Assembly (NCBI GenBank): GCA_965368975.1 | Contig: CBDUPA010000028.1 | Coordinates: 1-64,000, forward strand | Direction: 5' to 3' | DNA: 64,000 nt | Source: an uncultured bacterium | GTDB taxonomy: Bacteria; Acidobacteriota; Thermoanaerobaculia; Multivoradales; JAHZIX01 | Part shown: positions 18,130-27,844 of the stretch, in pieces | Position numbering within the stretch: position 1 is the stretch's first letter | Layout of the letters: each line of letters begins with the position of its first letter | Made by a program: the position numbers and the translations under genes | The notes under the pieces: generated by a model | Told to the model about the DNA's origin: nothing | The model's database searches: none | The model's input: only the letters and a program-made list of their open reading frames with translations

Positions 18130-19377
18130 TCAGACCAGCGGCGGGAAGGTTTGGTAGAGGCACAGGCGCCCGAACACGTCGTCCGGCTCGCCCTTCCAGG
18201 GGCCGGAGAGGTCGACGTTGTCGCCGGAGAATGAGCGCTGGCGGTTCGAGTAGATGACCTGGTAGAAGACGAAGAACAGCATCCACCCCTCGGGGGTGGT
18301 CAGGTAATAGAAGAGCCGCGACGGCTTGCCGTCTCGGTAGTCGTTGTACATCTGGTGGATGTTCGCGATCTGGGTGGTGTCGATGGACGTGCCGAGCGCG
18401 AGCTCGCCGCTCACCATCAGCTTGTTGCGCGTCCAGCTGCCGGCACCGACACGCTTCTCGCCGGGACGTTTGCCCAGGCTTCGCTCCATGGTGAAACTCG
18501 CGGTGACCTTCGGCAGGGTGATCGCGCCCAGGTGGTCGAACACCATGCTGACGCCGGTCTGGTTCATGGGCCGCCGACGCGTGAGCGCGGCCGGTTCGGC
18601 GGTGAGAACCGAGGCCGTCGCCGGATCGCTGTTCCCGTCCAGCCCCATCGGCGTGTCGTACTTGCACGAGGCCGAGATGATGCCGGTTTCCGGACGTTGC
18701 ACGTTGACTCGCGTTGCGACCTGCCCGAAGTGCAGGGCATAGTCCGCGCCGGGTACGAAGCACTCTTGGGAGGTGGTGGCCAGCGTCTCGGAGCCTGGGA
18801 AGGAGAACGGACCGGAGCGCACGGAGGAGGCACCGTCCGGCGGGGTTTCGTCGCCGAGAACCAGGGTGGCGGGATCGATCACCAGTTCCGAGCCGTCCGG
18901 CGCCACCGAACTGACGAAGCCGACCGGCCGCAAGGGTGCGGCACCGCCGGGGTAGGTCGGCAGCGTGAAGCCGACCAGCTCGACGATGGTGCCGGGCTCG
19001 ATCGGATCGAAGGTGCCAGCGCTGGCGGTCAGCTTGTTGCCCGCGGCCACCGAGGTGATGTTGCCGGCGGCCTGATTGATCGTCTGCAAGGTAGTCATCT
19101 GCCGTAGCAGCATGCTCTCGAAGTGGTAGTCGAAGTGCTCGGCCGTCAGGTGCGCGGACACCTCGATACCGCCGGTACGGTCGGTGCGGACCTGGTAGCC
19201 GCTCTGCAAGTCGCCATAGACGGCTTCGTCCTCGGTGAGCGAGGTCTCGTCGGTGTGTACACCGGAATTGCGCAAGATGTACTTGTGCCCGCTCAGCACC
19301 GGCGCGTCGAGGTCGCCCGTCTGGCGTGCCATCGAGAGGGTGTAGTCGTGGGGGGAAGCTCCGTAGCCCTTGGCCAT
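18130..19377 (-). CDS. Phage tail tube (major tail) protein
   Basis: Synteny; beta-rich Thr/Gly/Ser composition; AAGGAG RBS. Confidence 0.7.
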   Translation of the reverse strand: MAKGYGASPHDYTLSMARQTGDLDAPVLSGHKYILRNSGVHTDETSLTEDEAVYGDLQSGYQVRTDRTGGIEVSAHLTAEHFDYHFESMLLRQMTTLQTINQAAGNITSVAAGNKLTASAGTFDPIEPGTIVELVGFTLPTYPGGAAPLRPVGFVSSVAPDGSELVIDPATLVLGDETPPDGASSVRSGPFSFPGSETLATTSQECFVPGADYALHFGQVATRVNVQRPETGIISASCKYDTPMGLDGNSDPATASVLTAEPAALTRRRPMNQTGVSMVFDHLGAITLPKVTASFTMERSLGKRPGEKRVGAGSWTRNKLMVSGELALGTSIDTTQIANIHQMYNDYRDGKPSRLFYYLTTPEGWMLFFVFYQVIYSNRQRSFSGDNVDLSGPWKGEPDDVFGRLCLYQTFPPLV

Positions 19378-19389
19378 GGCGGGATCTCC

Positions 19390-19944
19390 TTAGGAGTAGC
19401 GCCGCTCGACGAGGGCGGCGTCGCGGACGATGAAGTCGAGTTCGAGGTGGAGGACGGTGTATCCGCTGTCGTCGAGGAAGACGGGCGTATACGGCAGCTG
19501 GAATTCGAGATCTGGGTCGAAGTCGGCGCCCACTGTGGCGGGCGGCTCCGCTCGGCGAAAGCGCAGCAGCGGCGCGATATGGTCGTAGATGGCCACGGCC
19601 GCCGCGCGCTCGATGTCGCTGACGCCGGGCTGATGGATCTCGGCCGTCAGGCGGCAATCGGTGCTCTGCTCGATGCACTCGGCGGTGGTGCCGTCGTCGA
19701 GCTGGTAGGGAGTGATGCCGCCTTCAGCTCGCGGAGGACTCACGGCCCGCCAGCGCACCACGGCGAAGGCAGCTCCGCCACCCTCGCGCGCGTCGACGGC
19801 GGAGTGCCACAGCGTGGGCAGCGGCTCGCCGGGCATCTGTACCTGCTCGCCGACGATGACGGCTTTGGCCTCGGCGCTGACCTCGGCCCACACGGAACGC
19901 ACGGCGGCGTCGAGATTGGCGAGGCTCAATCCAAGCCCTCCCAA
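19390..19944 (-). CDS. Putative tail terminator / neck protein
   Basis: Synteny and size. Confidence 0.5.
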   Translation of the reverse strand: MGGLGLSLANLDAAVRSVWAEVSAEAKAVIVGEQVQMPGEPLPTLWHSAVDAREGGGAAFAVVRWRAVSPPRAEGGITPYQLDDGTTAECIEQSTDCRLTAEIHQPGVSDIERAAAVAIYDHIAPLLRFRRAEPPATVGADFDPDLEFQLPYTPVFLDDSGYTVLHLELDFIVRDAALVERRYS

Positions 19945-20255
19945 TAGGCGATGGTGTTCTCGGTAGCCGGGTCTGTGAAACCGTACGGCGCACGCATCGA
20001 GCCGATCGGACGGCCAAGACTGTCGACTGTGCGGCCCGGGTCCAGGAAGCGCGCGCCGAGGTGATCGGTGTCGTACTGAAAGCCGCGGCCGAACTCACGG
20101 ATGCGCGCCCGCCACTCGATCGAGCCAAAAGAGCTGTCGGCAAGCTCCATGCCCAGCCGCTCGACGAACTTGTCGCGCATCTCCTGCTCACCCTCGGACA
20201 GGTGATCGACGAAGGCGTCGAAGTCGGCGCCGAGTTCGAAGTCGATCGCGGTCAT
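19926..20255 (-). CDS. Putative neck (HK97 gp10-position) protein
   Basis: Synteny and size. Confidence 0.45.
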   Translation of the reverse strand: MTAIDFELGADFDAFVDHLSEGEQEMRDKFVERLGMELADSSFGSIEWRARIREFGRGFQYDTDHLGARFLDPGRTVDSLGRPIGSMRAPYGFTDPATENTIAYWEGLD

Positions 20256-20608
20256 CCGACCTCCCGCACGTAGAGCGTCACGGACTGGAGTTCCTCGCCA
20301 TTCGGCTTGGTCTCTTGGTACTGCTCGAGCGCGTACCGCCGGCCGGCGGAGACGACCTGATAGGCATTCCAGATCACTGTCTCAGGAAGCGGAACACCAG
20401 CAACATTGAGTTGCAGCGCGACCGCTCCAGCGCTCACGCCCAAGTGCGGCGCCTGGACCCAGTCGACCTTAGTGAACGTCCCGAAGAGCGGCGGCAGTTC
20501 GGGATGGCCCGAGTTGGACGACCTGAGCTGAAAGGTGATCAGCGTACGGCCACGGATCAGACCCCGGGCTTTCTGGCGCAAGCGGGCCGCCTTCGCCGAG
20601 GGCGTCAT
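20252..20608 (-). CDS. Putative head closure protein
   Basis: GGAGG RBS before MTPSAK; synteny. Confidence 0.45.
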   Translation of the reverse strand: MTPSAKAARLRQKARGLIRGRTLITFQLRSSNSGHPELPPLFGTFTKVDWVQAPHLGVSAGAVALQLNVAGVPLPETVIWNAYQVVSAGRRYALEQYQETKPNGEELQSVTLYVREVG

Positions 20609-20751
20609 CGGGACACCTCCCAAAAAGGGCACTCCCAAAAAGAGCACGGCGCCGCCGCCCACTCGTACCCGAACCGCAACGGGGTCGAAGCGGCGGGGGT
20701 GGACGACGGCAGACCGTGCACGCAAGTGGGAGATGTCATGGGCATGGAGGA

Positions 20752-21312
20752 CTACCCCAGCTGAGGACGCTTGAAGCTGACGACGTCAAGAAAGCGCTTG
20801 ACTTCGGCCGGCAGGGTGGACGGGTGACGGAAGGTGGCGGTGCCGCCTTCGTCGCCTTGGGATTGGAGCTGCGCGGGGACGCCGTTCCAGTCGTGCTCGA
20901 AGAGCTTGCGCGCGGCGGTGCGTAGAGATGCCATGTCCTCGGCACCGGCAAAGCCCACGGTCGCCTTGACCTGCAACACGGCGCCACACGGCCAGGCGCC
21001 CTTGGTGCTGTTCAGCCGTGGCCCAACAAGCACCCAGGCGCCAGCAGCGAGGGAAGTATCGTCGAGCGTGACGTCGACGATGTCCGCCTCTGCCGTCAGG
21101 GGCCAGGGCAGCAGTACCGAGGTCTGCGTGCTGCCGATCTCGAAGGCCTGGACCTGCTCGACCCGCGGCCAGAACGCCCAGCAGGCTTGCTCTTTCAGCC
21201 ATCGCAGACCAGCGTTCATGCAGTCGCGTAGCTCGTCGTCAAACGAGGTGTCCCCCGCGTCGACGTCGGCGGCGCGGCGGCGTAGCTCTTCGATCTGTAG
21301 CAGGTCGGGCAT
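20752..21312 (-). CDS. Head-tail connector (gp6-like)
   Basis: 'FDDELRDCMNAG..WL', 'VKATVGF', 'LPAEVKRFLD' pattern; follows the capsid region. Confidence 0.7.
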   Translation of the reverse strand: MPDLLQIEELRRRAADVDAGDTSFDDELRDCMNAGLRWLKEQACWAFWPRVEQVQAFEIGSTQTSVLLPWPLTAEADIVDVTLDDTSLAAGAWVLVGPRLNSTKGAWPCGAVLQVKATVGFAGAEDMASLRTAARKLFEHDWNGVPAQLQSQGDEGGTATFRHPSTLPAEVKRFLDVVSFKRPQLG

Positions 21313-21315
21313 GGG

Positions 21316-21639
21316 TCAGCTCTTGCTGGTGGCGTCGGTGGTGGTGGTCTTGGCGGCCGGCTTCTTGGCGGTGGTGCGCTTGCGGCCGGTGGTCTTGGTC
21401 TCGCGCCGCGCCGCTTGCGGGTTCGGCTTGGTCTTGCGCAGCGCGCCGACCGGATGCCGCTGCAGGGCGCGGCCGGCGGTGGCGGGGGTGACCGCGCGGA
21501 GAAAGCCGCGCTCTACCCATGCCGCGGCGGTCTGCGGAGTGATCTGCAAGGCGTCGCAGTCGAGCAGGGTGCCGGGCTGGGGGGTCACGGTGGCCTGGAA
21601 GGGCTGCAAGACTTGGTAGGTGGGGAGTTGGTCGGACAT
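21316..21639 (-). CDS. Small basic phage head-region protein
   Basis: GGAGGT RBS before MSDQLP. Confidence 0.5.
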   Translation of the reverse strand: MSDQLPTYQVLQPFQATVTPQPGTLLDCDALQITPQTAAAWVERGFLRAVTPATAGRALQRHPVGALRKTKPNPQAARRETKTTGRKRTTAKKPAAKTTTTDATSKS

Positions 21640-21643
21640 GGGT

Positions 21644-21964
21644 TTACCTCCCCCCGCTCCGGCGCTTCTTGCCGGCGGCGGGTTGGTTGCGATTGGCGGG
21701 AGTGTTGGTTTCGCCGTCGGTGCCGGCGCCGTCGCTGGCGTCGGTTTCGGACTGCGCCGGGGCGGGGGGGAGCTTTGGGAGCTTGCGCAGGCGCGCGGGG
21801 TCGGCTTTGTCGACCTTCTTGGCGATGCCGAGCTCGACATAGCGCGCGAGCACGTCGTCGGTCAGGCCGTAGCCATCGGTGGTCGTCTTGCTGTCGACCT
21901 GGTCGCCGGGGGAAAACGCCTGCCGGTTGGCGATCGCGCGCGCTTCGATGAACTGGACGATCAT
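21644..21964 (-). CDS. Small phage head-region protein
   Basis: ATGA overlap with the capsid stop codon. Confidence 0.5.
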   Translation of the reverse strand: MIVQFIEARAIANRQAFSPGDQVDSKTTTDGYGLTDDVLARYVELGIAKKVDKADPARLRKLPKLPPAPAQSETDASDGAGTDGETNTPANRNQPAAGKKRRSGGR

Positions 21965-23265
21965 GCGGCTGGTACCTCGAGCGCGGCGATGGCGTGACGC
22001 TTGAATGGAGTCATGCCGATACGCCGGATGAAGCAGTAGGTGTCGGTGCGCTGCTTGGCCGACTTGTCCATGTCGAGCAGCAGCTGCAGGCGCGGCCGCA
22101 GCATGATCGTCTTCGGATCGCCGTACCACAGGGGCAGCGCAGCGGTTCCCGCCGGCGGGATCAAGTCAACGCCCGGCACCGCGTCGATGGGAGCGCCGTA
22201 GAGGTAGTTGTCCTCCGTGGGGGTCTGGCGGTTGCTCCAGTAGTACTCACCCTGCGGGCTCTTGAGCTTGCGCAGCGCCGGCCGGTTCGCCTGCGCTGTC
22301 CACCAACGGCCACGCCGGGCGTAGCGCGCCTTCGGGGCTTCTTGCAGGTCAATGATGTCTTCCCAGTCGATACCGCCGGCCGCTTTGGCCTGCACTTTCA
22401 AGATGATGTCCGCCAGCTCACCCGCGTTGGCGTTGGCGATCATGTCGAGGCCGTCGAACTGCTTGTTGGCGTGGCCGGTACCCTTCTGCACCATGATGTC
22501 GAGGTCTTCGCTGAAGTCCTCGGCGAACTGATCGCGCACCGTGCCCACCAGGTCGACGTCGGCGTCCTCGACGACTGTGCGCGGGATGACCAAGTCTCCG
22601 TTCTGGTTCTCCACCCAGACCTCGCGCCTGCTCAGAAGGTCGTCGAGCTGCTGCATGGCCGGGAAGTCCTCGGGCGCCATATCTGCCCGCTCTCCCCAGT
22701 AGACGGTCAGCCGGCCGAACTCGCGCAGCTTCCAGGAGCGCTTGTTGATCGGCACCACGGTGCAGTGCTTCAACGCCCAGCTCAGCTCCAGCTCGGCGCG
22801 TAGGAGCCGTGCACTGGTCTCCGCCGGGGTGATGATCCGGCCGGCGTCCAAAGAGGCCTTGAGCTGCATCTCGTCCATGCCGGACTTGGTGACCTCGAAG
22901 CTCTTCAGGAGGTCCCGGAAGGCTCTGTACTGCGGGCTGGCTTTCTCGATCCGCCAGGCATCGACATCTTCCGCCGCGCTGTAGATCGCTTCCAGGTCCA
23001 CCGCCTTGGTGGCCGGCGGCAAGGTGCCGTCGTCGAGCATGGCCAGGAGCTTGGCTTCGAACTGACCCTGACGGGACTCGAAGGCCTTCTTGTGGGTGTC
23101 GAGCAGGTCGTCGAGTTCGTCGAGGTGCTCGTTGATCTTCGCTTGCTGCTCGATCAGATCGGCGCCTTTGAGGTTGTCGACGTTTTCCCGTAGGGCCTTG
23201 AGACCTCGGTTGCTCTCTTCGAGCATGTTCTTGACTTCAGCTAGGGAGTTCGGGACGTTGCCCAT
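21961..23265 (-). CDS. Major capsid protein, HK97 family
   Basis: N-terminal coiled-coil delta domain, 'LRKLKSPQGEYYW', 'GTG....QFDG'. GGAGGAG RBS before MGNVPN. Confidence 0.9.
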   Translation of the reverse strand: MGNVPNSLAEVKNMLEESNRGLKALRENVDNLKGADLIEQQAKINEHLDELDDLLDTHKKAFESRQGQFEAKLLAMLDDGTLPPATKAVDLEAIYSAAEDVDAWRIEKASPQYRAFRDLLKSFEVTKSGMDEMQLKASLDAGRIITPAETSARLLRAELELSWALKHCTVVPINKRSWKLREFGRLTVYWGERADMAPEDFPAMQQLDDLLSRREVWVENQNGDLVIPRTVVEDADVDLVGTVRDQFAEDFSEDLDIMVQKGTGHANKQFDGLDMIANANAGELADIILKVQAKAAGGIDWEDIIDLQEAPKARYARRGRWWTAQANRPALRKLKSPQGEYYWSNRQTPTEDNYLYGAPIDAVPGVDLIPPAGTAALPLWYGDPKTIMLRPRLQLLLDMDKSAKQRTDTYCFIRRIGMTPFKRHAIAALEVPAA

Positions 23266-24050
23266 CAGGTGGTCTCCTCCGGGTTGTTGAGCAGCTGTTG
23301 CCGCTCGCGGGCAAGAGCTTTGATGTCCGCGAGCGTGCGCGGGTCGAGGTCGAGCAGGTCGCCGGTGGGCTCGGCTGGTAGGTCTTTGACCACCTGCGCG
23401 GCGAGCTTTGGCGCTTCGGCGGCGGCGCCCATGAAGCCTGCCGCGGTCAGAGCCTTGGTGATCGCGTCGAGCTTCTGGAGCACGTGCGCGGTGGCGTCGC
23501 CACCTGCGGCCAAGCCCTTGAACAACCCGGTGTCGTCGTCGGCAGGCCATACCACTGGCGAGACCTCGAAGAGCTTGACCTCGTCGATCACCAGTGTCTT
23601 GACAGACCCGTGGTCCTCTTCGTGCGAGGCTGTGACGCGAAACCCCACGGAGCCATGAAGCACGGCTTCGTCGGCAACCTCGATCAGGGCCTCGTCGCCC
23701 CAGTAGCCGCGCGCCACCTTGAACGTGGCGCGCAATCCCTCGTCAGTGACTTGGAGCCCCTCGTCACCCGGAAGACAGGTTCCCAGCAGATACCAGTGCT
23801 TCCAGAAGCCTTTGACCAGACGCCGGGAGTGCTGCTCTTCGATCGTCTGATCGAACGCCCCCTTGGCGAACACATCGCCGTGCGCGTCGGGATTCGACGG
23901 ATCGCGGAAAGTGGCGAAGATTCCACTGATCAGCCGCTCGTCGATGTCGGCCTTGAAGCACGCCGGGCCGGTCTCAGCTTTCAGGCACAGGCCGTCAGGC
24001 GCGCCACCTTGCCGTTTCTGGAGCTGCGGGAGAGCTGTAGGTCCGTCCAT
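23265..24050 (-). CDS. HK97-family prohead protease
   Basis: 'DAHGDVFAKGAF', 'SVGF', 'LFEVSPVVWPA'. Confidence 0.93.
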   Translation of the reverse strand: MDGPTALPQLQKRQGGAPDGLCLKAETGPACFKADIDERLISGIFATFRDPSNPDAHGDVFAKGAFDQTIEEQHSRRLVKGFWKHWYLLGTCLPGDEGLQVTDEGLRATFKVARGYWGDEALIEVADEAVLHGSVGFRVTASHEEDHGSVKTLVIDEVKLFEVSPVVWPADDDTGLFKGLAAGGDATAHVLQKLDAITKALTAAGFMGAAAEAPKLAAQVVKDLPAEPTGDLLDLDPRTLADIKALARERQQLLNNPEETT

Positions 24051-24100
24051 GACGGACAGGATAGAGCAAGATGATTCTATTTCGCAAGCTGTACGTCATA

Positions 24101-25351
24101 TCACTTCTCCAGCAGCATCTGATCCAGCGGTACGAGACCTCTGCCCATGTAGCTCTTGTCACCTCCGTCAAACTCATCAAACGGAAGATGGAGCCCGCGA
24201 ATTAGCTGGTTTGGTGGCACGCCACAGCCTACGAAGTTCTGCATCGTGAGTGAGGCAGCTTTCAGGTCGCCACGCAGCTCGGGGATGTGACCCGTCTGAA
24301 ACCAAATGCGGCGGCTCATTCGCTCATCAGGCGAAATGAGAACCATATTGAGCGCACCCACTAGCAGCTTGAGCCAGGGCAGAACCACGTTCTTGAGCAG
24401 GTGCTCTTTAGCGTTGCGCAGATTCGAGTAGGTGGCACTCTTCGAGTCCCACATCGCTGCTAGAAAGCCAAAGGCAATGGCCACAAGCACGCGGTAGTTC
24501 TCGCGGCTCCGTATCCACTCGGCCTCCTGAGCGGTGTAGCTCACGGGTATCCACTTGGATTCCCCGCCAAGGAAGCGCGGTAGTCCAGGCATCTGGAGCT
24601 TGGCGGCCTCCTTTTCGGCTTCTACCCAGATCTTACGAACCTCGGTTGCCCGATCCGGGTTGGTGATGTAGTCGCTAGTGATGAAACCCCGCGGCACGCC
24701 CCCGGTCTCGGCCAGCTTGAGCGCGAGCGCTCCTATGGTCCGATCGGCCTGAGCGTCAGTGAAAGCGGGCTGCACTGGTGACATGCCGTTGTGGGGATGG
24801 ATCGGATGCGGCAGGAAGGCGGCGGCGACTTCGCCGGGCAGCAGAAGCTTGTTGTTGCCCCAGCCACGCCAGTGCTTGAGCAAACCGGCCTTGCCGATCA
24901 CCGGGTCGTAGTGGTCCGGCAAGAGCATCAGGTACTGGACTTTTCCGGTGGTGTCGCGCGCCGGCCGGACTAGCGCGCGGCCGCGCAAGGCCACATGCTG
25001 CCCCGCCATCCACCGCCAGGCCACAGCGGACAGGTCGGGATGCGGGTAATCGAGCAGTTCCTGCATCGGGTCGTCCGGCTCAGTCTCCCACTTGCGGCGC
25101 GATCCGTTCCTGGCGCGCACGTTCATCTCGAGCGGAATATCCGCCAGGGTTCGGCAAATGGTCTCGGTGGCGGCGTAGATGAGGATGGAGCGCTCGTAGA
25201 GGCCAGCCGCTCTCTCCAAGCTCCAGTTCGAGAACAGCCCGAGGCCATGCGCGCTCCAAGCGTTGTCAGCGTCGCCCCAGGTGTCGAACAGCGCTTCCTT
25301 TCGGAACAGGCTGGAGACCCAAGACTTGAAACGAGCAGGTAGCGATGGCAT
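24101..25351 (-). CDS. Phage portal protein
   Basis: 'LLDYPHP', 'GMSPV', 'ATYSNL' motifs; synteny. Confidence 0.9.
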   Translation of the reverse strand: MPSLPARFKSWVSSLFRKEALFDTWGDADNAWSAHGLGLFSNWSLERAAGLYERSILIYAATETICRTLADIPLEMNVRARNGSRRKWETEPDDPMQELLDYPHPDLSAVAWRWMAGQHVALRGRALVRPARDTTGKVQYLMLLPDHYDPVIGKAGLLKHWRGWGNNKLLLPGEVAAAFLPHPIHPHNGMSPVQPAFTDAQADRTIGALALKLAETGGVPRGFITSDYITNPDRATEVRKIWVEAEKEAAKLQMPGLPRFLGGESKWIPVSYTAQEAEWIRSRENYRVLVAIAFGFLAAMWDSKSATYSNLRNAKEHLLKNVVLPWLKLLVGALNMVLISPDERMSRRIWFQTGHIPELRGDLKAASLTMQNFVGCGVPPNQLIRGLHLPFDEFDGGDKSYMGRGLVPLDQMLLEK

Positions 25352-25361
25352 GGGAACCTCC

Positions 25362-26990
25362 TCAGGCGATAGCGAACATGGGAGCGTTGAGTGCCAGCAG
25401 TGCGCAGGTCAAGGCGTCCGCGCCGTCGTCCCGCTCATGGTCGTTGGGGTTGACGCCGCGCAAGGGAACCAAGCTTCGGGCCCACGCGAGATTCGCGTCG
25501 GTCATCAGCACGGCCACCTCCCCGTTTTGCACTGCTGCCGCAGCATGGACCCAGAAGTCGCAGCGCGGCCGGCTGCCGAAATGGACGGAGGCATCGAAGC
25601 CGGCGTTGTCGAGCAGGTCGCGTTGTCGCTCGGCGGACTCGCCGCCGGAACCCTTCATGTCTTGCAGCACACCGACTTTGCAGCGCTTGCCGTCGTCGAT
25701 TGCAATACCCAGGATCTTTGCTTCGCGGCTGGCCAGCTTCTCCTGGAAGGCCTGGACGTCCAGGACGTAGTAGAGCGGCTTTCCGAGCTTCGCAGCGGCT
25801 CGGCTGCGTGCCACCTTCACGCCTACCGTGCTGTCGCGGTTCTTGTCCTTGGTACCATCAGCCTTCTTGCTGCTGTAGGCGAGGTCGTAGCCCCGCGCGA
25901 TGCCGTCGTAGGTGTCGGGCAGCTCGTCGGCGGTCACGAACACGAAGCTCTCGAAGGGGAAGAGGTCCCCTTCTTGCAGCTCGTAGCGCATCACACCGCC
26001 GAGGGCGGCAAGGCGCTTGTGCTTGGGCAGAGTGAGTAGCTTCGTCAGATACCGCGGGTCTTCCCGCATCAACGCACGGTTGCCCTTGGCGTCTCCGTAG
26101 AAGTAGGCGAAGGAGCGCGGCAGCAGATGCCGGTCTTCCTCCGGGAGGTCGTCGCGTTGCTCTTCAGCAAAGGCGATCGCTTCGTCCAGCTCTTCAAACC
26201 AGCACGGCTTGTCTTCCTGGTCGGGAACGAACCACCGCATCACGCCCGAACGTTCGGGAATGACAACCCCGTTGTCGTCGAGGTACCACCTTAGGTACTC
26301 CTGGAGCCAGTGATCAGGCGGAGGAGCGTTGAACGAAAGAGACATCGTCGGCTCGAAACCGCAGGTGGAACGATTGCGCTCTCCTAGAACCTGGAAGTCT
26401 TCCAGCTCGTTCTGCTCGGCCTGCTCCATCGCGATGTAGGCGTAGTCTTGAGAACCCAGGTGTTCCCGGTCCGCGGGGGTGCTCAGATGTCCAGCCCAGA
26501 CCTCGACGTCGTTCTCGAAATGAAAAATCCCGTCTCGGATGCTCTCGCGCTTGAAGTTCGGCAGTGTCTTGAAGATCTGCCGTGCCTTCTGCCAGATCCC
26601 GAGCGATCCGAAAACGTCCTTGCGCCGCTTGCGGGTGAACAACCCCCGAAACCCGGGCGTCCACAGACCCCGAGTCATGTCTTGGATCACGCCTATCGTC
26701 TTGCCAGCGCCCTGGCCTCCCCCAGCCAGCCGTACATCGGCCTTCGAGGTCGTCAGCTGCCACTGCATCCCCTTCTGTGGTGCCCAAAGGTGTGTGACTT
26801 CTTCGAAGTCAGGGACCCGAATGCCTTCCAGATCTTGCTCTCTTACAACACAAGCTCTGCAAGCCTTCTTTCTCGGCCACTTCTGAAGTTCGTCCCCAAC
26901 CACAGCTGCCCCACATAGGGCTGTCTCTTCACCCCGATTGTCAAGCAGGTGAAGTGAGCGTCGAGGTCCGAGGGCTGGCCAGATCAGCAT
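25362..26990 (-). CDS. terL: Terminase large subunit
   Basis: Walker A 'GGGQGAGKT'; nuclease acidic motifs 'GYDLA' and 'HERDDGADA'. Confidence 0.92.
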   Translation of the reverse strand: MLIWPALGPRRSLHLLDNRGEETALCGAAVVGDELQKWPRKKACRACVVREQDLEGIRVPDFEEVTHLWAPQKGMQWQLTTSKADVRLAGGGQGAGKTIGVIQDMTRGLWTPGFRGLFTRKRRKDVFGSLGIWQKARQIFKTLPNFKRESIRDGIFHFENDVEVWAGHLSTPADREHLGSQDYAYIAMEQAEQNELEDFQVLGERNRSTCGFEPTMSLSFNAPPPDHWLQEYLRWYLDDNGVVIPERSGVMRWFVPDQEDKPCWFEELDEAIAFAEEQRDDLPEEDRHLLPRSFAYFYGDAKGNRALMREDPRYLTKLLTLPKHKRLAALGGVMRYELQEGDLFPFESFVFVTADELPDTYDGIARGYDLAYSSKKADGTKDKNRDSTVGVKVARSRAAAKLGKPLYYVLDVQAFQEKLASREAKILGIAIDDGKRCKVGVLQDMKGSGGESAERQRDLLDNAGFDASVHFGSRPRCDFWVHAAAAVQNGEVAVLMTDANLAWARSLVPLRGVNPNDHERDDGADALTCALLALNAPMFAIA

Positions 26991-27046
26991 CAGAGCGATT
27001 GTCGCCGATTCGAGGTCGACATATCAACCCAGGAACGAAATAGCAG

Positions 27047-27270
27047 TTTTCCACAGTTTCCACAGCCCCTACTCCCCCTCAGTTATTGATCTTCTAAAGG
27101 GTGGTGGGGAGGGGGAGTTGAAGAGGGTGACATAGAAGTCAGAACCTGAGATCTGACATAGAAGTCAGTACTAGACCACGCCTGCAGCAGCTTTCAACAT
27201 GCCTTTTCCACAGGGGTTCTGACATAGAAGTCAGAACAGCTACTCAGTTCTGACATAGAAGTCAGAACCC
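27047..27270. repeat. Putative phage replication origin: four iterons plus DnaA-box-like sites
   Basis: TGACATAGAAGTCAG at 27128, 27154, 27220 and 27251 (each with dyad CTGAC-N6-GTCAG). (T)TTTCCACA at ~27047, ~27057 and ~27204. Confidence 0.75.
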
Positions 27271-27403
27271 CAAGAGGAACGGCCAGCCTTCGCCAAAAAA
27301 GGGGGGGGCCACCTCGTGTGTGTGCTCGACCCGCCGGGCAGCTAGGCCTTGGCGGAGCCAGCGCAGCTATCCCAAAGGGGGGGGACGTCTCCGGAAATTA
27401 CCT

Positions 27404-27766
27404 TCAGCGGTTGCCGAACAGTCGATCAAGGCGGTTCGATAACGGCAGGTCTTCCGGGCCGGAACTCGGGATCAGTAGCTGGTACTGATTGACGCGATGA
27501 AGTCTCTCGACTCGCGAACGCTTGACTCTGACAAACCCTGCGCTCTCTAGCGCTTGCACCCGGCGAATGACCTGTCTCTCACCATACCCAGCGAAGGAAA
27601 CCAGCTGGTCATAGGACACTTCAGACAGACCGTCGTCATCTGCGTGGGCCAGCAGCGCGACATAAACAGCCAGCCCGCCTGCTCGCAGGTCGGGATCAGC
27701 AAGGATCTTTGCTGCGATCCATGTCTCAACGAGGGCGAAGCGCTGTCGCTTGTGGTCGGCAGGCAT
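27404..27766 (-). CDS. Winged-helix (HTH_36-like) replication initiator-type protein
   Basis: 'LAVYVALLAHAD...SYDQL...RQVIRRVQALESAGFV...NQYQL'; adjacent to the iterons. Confidence 0.8.
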   Translation of the reverse strand: MPADHKRQRFALVETWIAAKILADPDLRAGGLAVYVALLAHADDDGLSEVSYDQLVSFAGYGERQVIRRVQALESAGFVRVKRSRVERLHRVNQYQLLIPSSGPEDLPLSNRLDRLFGNR

Positions 27767-27844
27767 CGGCTGAACATTCGCATAAGTCTGCCATTTGTGT
27801 CAAAGGTAGACATGACACTATTTTCCCTGCTATGGTCCCCACCC

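Noticed and set aside
17867-19678. 603-aa Arg-rich ORF and similar long overlapping ORFs (e.g. 37752-39299, 8354-9532, 48732-49862)
   Set aside because: Shadow frames of GC-rich genes, with no recognisable motifs.
27128-27265. CRISPR array
   Set aside because: Repeats are 15 bp with irregular 11-51 bp gaps and no cas genes; they fit iterons better.
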